Of a stretch of 32,000 nt of DNA, positions 27,505 to 32,000 are shown piece by piece. The stretch is taken from assembly GCF_900199515.1 (NCBI RefSeq), contig NZ_LT963434.1, forward strand, positions 273,272 to 305,271, given 5' to 3'. The translations under genes and the position numbers were made by a program. Source of the DNA: Massilicoli timonensis (GTDB lineage Bacteria; Bacillota_I; Bacilli_A; Erysipelotrichales; Erysipelotrichaceae). How positions within the stretch are numbered: position 1 is the first letter of the stretch; each line of letters opens with the position of its first letter. Under the pieces are notes generated by a model that worked only from the letters and a program-made list of their open reading frames with translations, did not search any database and had not been told where the DNA came from.

Positions 27505-28152
27505 TTATAACCATTCACTGTGTTTTGCCAAACGGATCAAAACGATATGCAGAAGCAGACAAAGGATCACCATAATGATGAGATACGTCTGAAGAGACAG
27601 AAACTTATTGACGATAAAAGATTGAAATAAAACCAAAAGCCCGCCGAGCAAAGCATTAAAACTTTTGCGGTTTTTCTCAAAGCGCTTCGGCAGCGGTATC
27701 AGATCGAGCCATAAATTCGCGCTCATAAAGGTAAGAAAGATCAAATGTAAGGAAACGATCACCTGAATGACGTTTTCCCACAACAAGCCGGTCTCATAAA
27801 GTACAGGAAGCCCCAGAAACGCAGTCATGACAAAGACCATGGAAATGAATAAAGTAACGATGCTGTTTAACAAGATCGAAGCATAAATACGTTTTTTCAA
27901 GGATACCGGTATACATTTCAGAAAGCGGTTCTTGCCGCTGTACCATGTATTCTGTACCTTCTCCACGCTGATCCAGCCGATCAGATACTCAAGCATGAGC
28001 ATGATCGTTAATACCAGCACCGTCTGTTCATAAGAACGATCCTGTGCCGATGCAATGAGAAAAAGCGATCCCAGCAGATGAATTCCGAAAATGATCAGCA
28101 GCGGTGATTTTAATTTATGCAGATCATAGCGTAAAAAAGCAAGCATCCTCAT
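27505..28152 (-). CDS. Polytopic membrane protein, putative permease partner 2 of the YtrA-type ABC module
   Basis: 215 aa with about 6 hydrophobic segments and no recognised motif. Its start overlaps the upstream stop by 4 nt (ATGA), consistent with translational coupling. Confidence 0.6.
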   Translation of the reverse strand: MRMLAFLRYDLHKLKSPLLIIFGIHLLGSLFLIASAQDRSYEQTVLVLTIMLMLEYLIGWISVEKVQNTWYSGKNRFLKCIPVSLKKRIYASILLNSIVTLFISMVFVMTAFLGLPVLYETGLLWENVIQVIVSLHLIFLTFMSANLWLDLIPLPKRFEKNRKSFNALLGGLLVLFQSFIVNKFLSLQTYLIIMVILCLLLHIVLIRLAKHSEWL

Positions 28153-28805
28153 CCCTCCTTATGAAACTGATAAAAGAACATGCCAAGCAATAGGAGCAGC
28201 ACACACCCAAATAAGATCAAAGCGATCGCATGTGAAGCAAACAGATTCATTCCGCCAAAGATCAGGATCAGACACACCGCTTCTGCTGTGATCATGATCG
28301 TTTCTCTATGCACGGCAGTAAACTCTTTCAGATAAACAAAAAGCAGTTGCAGCACCATCACGGCAATTGATACATGAACGAATTGTTCCACCAGCCAAAC
28401 CGGAAATTTCCGATCCGCAAAATTACTGAGAAGTCCTTGTTCATGTCCGCATAAATACAGGATCATATGCGTTAGCAGCAGCGTTACGATCAAAATAATA
28501 ACGCTATTCACTAAGATCAAAGACATTTTCCAAAGGACGATCTGATGTTTTCCGGCAACGATCAAAGACCGCCGCTTTGCTAATTTGCCCGCATACAGGC
28601 TGCGCCATAAAAGCATTGCCGCCGCATGCAGCAGCAACATCACCAACAGCGGTATCACAATGGCATCCGCACCGTCTGCGTGATCGCTTCGATACTGCGG
28701 CTGCATGAAATAAAACGATGCGATCACAAACAAAATAATCCATACACCACCATAGGCAAGAAGAAAGGAACGCAGCTGCCGCCACTCATAAACCAACCAT
28801 TTCAT
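28149..28805 (-). CDS. Polytopic membrane protein, putative permease partner 1 of the YtrA-type ABC module
   Basis: 218 aa with about 6 hydrophobic segments. The N-terminus MKWLVYEWRQLRS resembles MRMLAFLRYDLHKLKS of the downstream protein, suggesting they are paralogues. Confidence 0.6.
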   Translation of the reverse strand: MKWLVYEWRQLRSFLLAYGGVWIILFVIASFYFMQPQYRSDHADGADAIVIPLLVMLLLHAAAMLLWRSLYAGKLAKRRSLIVAGKHQIVLWKMSLILVNSVIILIVTLLLTHMILYLCGHEQGLLSNFADRKFPVWLVEQFVHVSIAVMVLQLLFVYLKEFTAVHRETIMITAEAVCLILIFGGMNLFASHAIALILFGCVLLLLLGMFFYQFHKEG

Positions 28806-28818
28806 GATGCTTCCTCCT

Positions 28819-29517
28819 TTAACCGTTTGCTCTAAGACACGTTTTCAAATAATCCTGCACGCCCATCTGTTTTTCGCCAAGGATCTTATCCACGCTTTGA
28901 TCGACGATCAGTTTGCCATCCTGTAAAAACAGGACCTGATCAAAATAGGATTCAAACTCCGCCAACAGATGTGTCGCAATCACATAGGTCGCATCTTCGC
29001 TGCCGCAGGAAACGATCATCTGCATCACTTCTTCTCTTGCCAAAGGATCCAGACTTGCAAACGGTTCATCAAACAGGTACAGCTTAGCACGGCGGCTGAG
29101 CGTAAATGAAAGCTCCAGCTTCACTCTGTTTCCCTTGCTTAAAGAGGATAAAGCGCTGTTACGATCAATTCCGTTTTGATACACTAGCCGCTCACATTTT
29201 TTTCGGTCAAAATCATCGAAAAAATATTCATATAAATCAAAGATCTCTTCTATTTCCACATCATCTGAAAAAAAGCTTTCATCCGCAAAATAAGCGATCT
29301 CCTTTCGATCTAAATAACTGAGCGAATGTGTTTCAAACAGCACATCTCCCTGATCAACACGCTCCACACTGGCCAATATGCGCATCAAGGTGCTTTTACC
29401 GGCGCCATTATTGCCGCAAAGGGCATAGAGTTTTCCTTTTTCCAGCTTTAAGCTCACATCTGCCAAAGCGGTTTTCTTTCCATATCGTTTACTTACATGA
29501 CGTACTTCCATCAACAT
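28819..29517 (-). CDS. ABC transporter ATP-binding protein
   Basis: Walker A GNNGAGKST, a degenerate signature LSKGNRVKL, Walker B LYLFDEPFASLD and an H-loop ATH. Confidence 0.9.
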   Translation of the reverse strand: MLMEVRHVSKRYGKKTALADVSLKLEKGKLYALCGNNGAGKSTLMRILASVERVDQGDVLFETHSLSYLDRKEIAYFADESFFSDDVEIEEIFDLYEYFFDDFDRKKCERLVYQNGIDRNSALSSLSKGNRVKLELSFTLSRRAKLYLFDEPFASLDPLAREEVMQMIVSCGSEDATYVIATHLLAEFESYFDQVLFLQDGKLIVDQSVDKILGEKQMGVQDYLKTCLRANG

Positions 29518-29872
29518 TTCGCTTCAACTCCTCTCTCACTGATGTCAATATGACTTCATCACTGATGCCAAAAGAACGCATTTCACTAACCAGCCGTTTT
29601 ACATAGACTGAAACCATTTCTTCTTTGAGCCGTGCAATGCGTCCGGCATCTTCACTGATAAAGCGTCCGGCCGTACGCTTGGTATAAACCAGTCCCTCCT
29701 GCTCTAAGATCGACAACGCCTTCTGCATCGTATTGGGATTGACCGCATATGCGATGGCACACTCCCGCACCGGCAGTACCTTTGATCCCGGTGGATAAGC
29801 GCCGCTTACGATCTTGCTCTTAAAATCATGAATGATCTGTAAATAGATCGGTTCATTGTTTTGATACTGCAA
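29489..29872 (-). CDS. GntR-family transcriptional regulator, YtrA subfamily (short, winged-HTH only)
   Basis: 127 aa. PIYLQI...G.KVLPVRECAIAYAVNPNTMQKALSILEQEGLVYTKRTAGRFI is a GntR wHTH with a short C-terminal tail. TTG start at 29872 with GGAAGGAGG upstream. Confidence 0.88.
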   Translation of the reverse strand: MQYQNNEPIYLQIIHDFKSKIVSGAYPPGSKVLPVRECAIAYAVNPNTMQKALSILEQEGLVYTKRTAGRFISEDAGRIARLKEEMVSVYVKRLVSEMRSFGISDEVILTSVREELKRNVDGSTSCK

Positions 29873-29889
29873 ACATATGCCTCCTTCCC

Positions 29890-29947
29890 ATATTGTATTA
29901 CTATCCTAGTACAATTATACAATATCGCATCACTTTGCTTTTGTCAA
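29890..29947 (-). promoter_or_regulatory. Promoter with an overlapping nested palindromic operator for the GntR-ABC operon
   Basis: Minus-strand promoter TTGACA (29942-29947), 17 nt spacer, TATTGT (29919-29924). A perfect 9-bp inverted repeat ATATTGTAT (29890-29898) / ATACAATAT (29917-29925) encloses a third half-site TAGTACAAT (29907-29915). The half-site ATTGTAy occurs three times. Confidence 0.65.
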
Positions 29948-30029
29948 GCGGATTTCATAAAAAACCGTTTTTCCACCCTGCTTTCTTTAGCAGTCCATAC
30001 TCATTGCATATAACGCTTCTTTGTATTTC

Positions 30030-30057
30030 CCCAAAAAGAAAAGGTGTTTGCACACCT
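30030..30057 (-). terminator. Intrinsic terminator after hpf
   Basis: AGGTGT (30042-30047) / ACACCT (30052-30057) with loop TTGC, followed on the minus strand by TTTTCTTTTT. Confidence 0.65.
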
Positions 30058-30601
30058 ATTCTGTTTCGATCAAACCATAACCGCCGTCATGACGCTTATA
30101 AACAACGGCAATTTCATTTGTTTCCTCATCACGGTAGATGAAGAATGTATGATTCAACATTTCCATACGCATGATCGCTTCATCCAGATCCATCGTTTCC
30201 GGAACCAGCGATTTCGTTTTGACCACTTCATCCTCATCTTCATCCACTTCATCATAATCAACATAAAGCGCTTCATCATCAATGAAAGCCATCGCCAGTT
30301 TTTCTTTATGCTTCCGTGTTAAACGCGTCTTCTGACGACGAATCTGATCTTCCAGTTTATCAACTACCAAATCAATGGCCGCATAGAGATCATCATGCGT
30401 AACCTCTGCACGAAGCACTGCATACTTGGTAGGAATCGTTACTTCTATCTTCTGTTTGTTCGGGTAAACTCTTACCACGACATTGGCAACCACCGAATCA
30501 TCAATGATGAAATACTTGGCTAAATGATCCAGCTTCTTTTCAATTTTTTCTGCGATTGCCGGAGTTACCGGAAAATTCTTCCCATAAATTTGGACTTTCA
30601 T
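30056..30601 (-). CDS. hpf: Ribosome hibernation promoting factor (long HPF)
   Basis: 181 aa. The N-terminus MKVQIYGKNFPVTPAIAEKIEKKLDHLAKYF and a C-terminal dimerisation domain ending FFIYRDEETNEIAVVYKRHDGGYGLIE. Confidence 0.92.
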   Translation of the reverse strand: MKVQIYGKNFPVTPAIAEKIEKKLDHLAKYFIIDDSVVANVVVRVYPNKQKIEVTIPTKYAVLRAEVTHDDLYAAIDLVVDKLEDQIRRQKTRLTRKHKEKLAMAFIDDEALYVDYDEVDEDEDEVVKTKSLVPETMDLDEAIMRMEMLNHTFFIYRDEETNEIAVVYKRHDGGYGLIETE

Positions 30602-30777
30602 AAAATCACTCCTTATCTTTACCTATATTATATGTCAGATAATTTGATTTACCAGTCTTTCTTTTCATCGTTGTTTCTGTTATAATATCGTTGTAGCGGG
30701 GATTTGGAAAATGGGATGTAATGGGAAGAATATGGAAAATTTACGATGCAAAGAAGAAAGGGATTCGGCTGCTTGCC

Positions 30778-31728
30778 TTATCTCTTTTTTGTTCTAAATA
30801 ACGCTTTTGCATTTTCACCAGCAATCTGTTTGATCTCTGTCAGCGTAAACACCTTTTTCATCTCTTCTAATAGACGACCGGTATCCTCACAGCTCAAAAA
30901 GTCCAGCGGCATCTCATTATCATCTTCAAAGAAATCCATGCAGTCTAATCCAAGCGCCACATGCTCGATGCCGATCAGATCGGCAATATACTTCATGTGC
31001 TTCACCAAATGCGCACAGTCCTGCTTGCTTCGCTTCTCATCAATAAACTGATTGGCGCTGTTGATGCCGATGATCCCGCCTGCCTTTGCGATCGCTTTTA
31101 ACTGTTCATCTTTGAGATTGCGGCGATGGGCACAAAGCGCATAAGCATTCGAATGACTGGCGATGAACGGTTTGCGCGCACATGCAACGACATCCCAAAA
31201 ACTGCGTTCGTTTAAGTGCGATACATCTAAGATCATCCCCAACTCTTCCATTTTCGCAATGGCGCACCGTCCCAGTTCGCTCAAGCCGCGCTCTTCACTG
31301 CCGCCGACACCACTCGCCAGCGCATTTTCATCATTCCATGCCAGCGACGCCAGCCGCACGCCCTGCTCATAGAGCCATGTGATCTTCGCTCCCACATCTT
31401 CTTTGATCCCACACATGCCTTCTACACTGATGATCGCATAGATTTTTCCTTCCTGCAGCACATCAGGCAGTTCACACACCGTTTCCACTTCTTTACAAGC
31501 TGCCAGATCCGCTTTTAACGCCAGCACCATTTCCTGCATTTCCTCCCATGTCTCATGCCCATCGAAGAAGCATGCCATGCACATGATCTGGATATTGCCT
31601 CTTTGAAATTTTTTCAGATGACGATTGGCAAAAATATCGCTTTCGCCTCTTCGTTTATGCAGCAGCACATCATAGCCGATATCGCCATGCAGATCAAAAT
31701 AACCGATTTCCCGCATCATTTCCCTCAT
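30778..31728 (-). CDS. M19-family (renal-dipeptidase-like) dipeptidase
   Basis: FDLHGDIGYD at the N-terminus, MILDVSHLNERSFWDV, and SHSNAYALCAHRRNLKDEQLKAIAKAGGIIGIN are typical of peptidase M19. Confidence 0.82.
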   Translation of the reverse strand: MREMMREIGYFDLHGDIGYDVLLHKRRGESDIFANRHLKKFQRGNIQIMCMACFFDGHETWEEMQEMVLALKADLAACKEVETVCELPDVLQEGKIYAIISVEGMCGIKEDVGAKITWLYEQGVRLASLAWNDENALASGVGGSEERGLSELGRCAIAKMEELGMILDVSHLNERSFWDVVACARKPFIASHSNAYALCAHRRNLKDEQLKAIAKAGGIIGINSANQFIDEKRSKQDCAHLVKHMKYIADLIGIEHVALGLDCMDFFEDDNEMPLDFLSCEDTGRLLEEMKKVFTLTEIKQIAGENAKALFRTKKR

Positions 31729-31734
31729 TCCTTT

Positions 31735-32000
31735 TTAATCCATATCATCATAGATCAGATCAAAGTGCTTCATTTTCGCACTTGGATCCATCCCTGTATC
31801 ATATGCCTGATCATGTAAAAGATTGCCTAAGCCAAAACCGCTTTCCTCACAAATATCCTGATAAGCGAGCTTTATCGCTTCTGCGGCGACCCCGATGCCT
31901 TCCTCAAACATCTCCGGCACGGAAGCATTGCTAAAAAGGCGCATCGTACATGGATGATACCATGTCTGCTTTTGTAAATTCAATACATCAAAACGCGGAT
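31735..32000 (-). CDS. Hypothetical protein, 3' portion only (the ORF stays open to the window edge)
   Basis: The reading frame has no stop between 31983 and 32000. The stop lies 6 nt upstream of the dipeptidase start, so the two are probably in one operon. No motif was recognised. Confidence 0.5.
   Translation of the reverse strand, partial: PRFDVLNLQKQTWYHPCTMRLFSNASVPEMFEEGIGVAAEAIKLAYQDICEESGFGLGNLLHDQAYDTGMDPSAKMKHFDLIYDDMD

Noticed and set aside
1-32000. A visual scan of the intergenic regions for CRISPR arrays, tRNA/rRNA genes, prophage or integrase genes, toxin-antitoxin pairs, and restriction or other defence modules.
   Set aside because: I saw no spaced direct-repeat arrays and no cloverleaf-like or rRNA-like sequences. 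All intergenic gaps are short and are accounted for by promoters, T-boxes or terminators. No ORF has nuclease, integrase or defence-type motifs. A visual scan cannot exclude small ncRNAs.

Overview
This window is a low-GC Firmicute chromosomal segment from an endospore-former. It is mostly core housekeeping genes on the minus strand, with gene order close to Bacillus subtilis. The minus-strand runs are rsmD-coaD-M20 hydrolase, pheST behind a Phe T-box, and spoIIGA-sigE-sigG-ylmC-sepF-ylmH-divIVA followed by an Ile T-box and ileS. def, RNase J, dapH, hpf and an M19 dipeptidase are also present. Four accessory patches interrupt this core. (1) A complete IS1634-like insertion sequence sits at the left edge, followed by three orphan hairpins. 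(2) A large BspA/DUF285-type LRR surface protein has its signal peptide separated from the body by an 11-nt poly-G tract. (3) An XRE-HTH/TPR regulator plus an orphan SAM methyltransferase are wedged between the TrmH-family gene and pheST. (4) A YtrA-type GntR / ABC ATPase / two-membrane-protein operon carries a nested palindromic operator. The strongest observation is the poly-G tract, which looks like a slipped-strand phase-variation switch currently in the OFF frame; an assembly homopolymer error cannot be excluded. I found no CRISPR array, tRNA/rRNA gene, prophage or recognisable defence system. I cannot support a clearly novel multi-gene system; the candidates are flagged with their limits. 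All calls come from reading motifs in the supplied translations and the DNA, and no database search was run.
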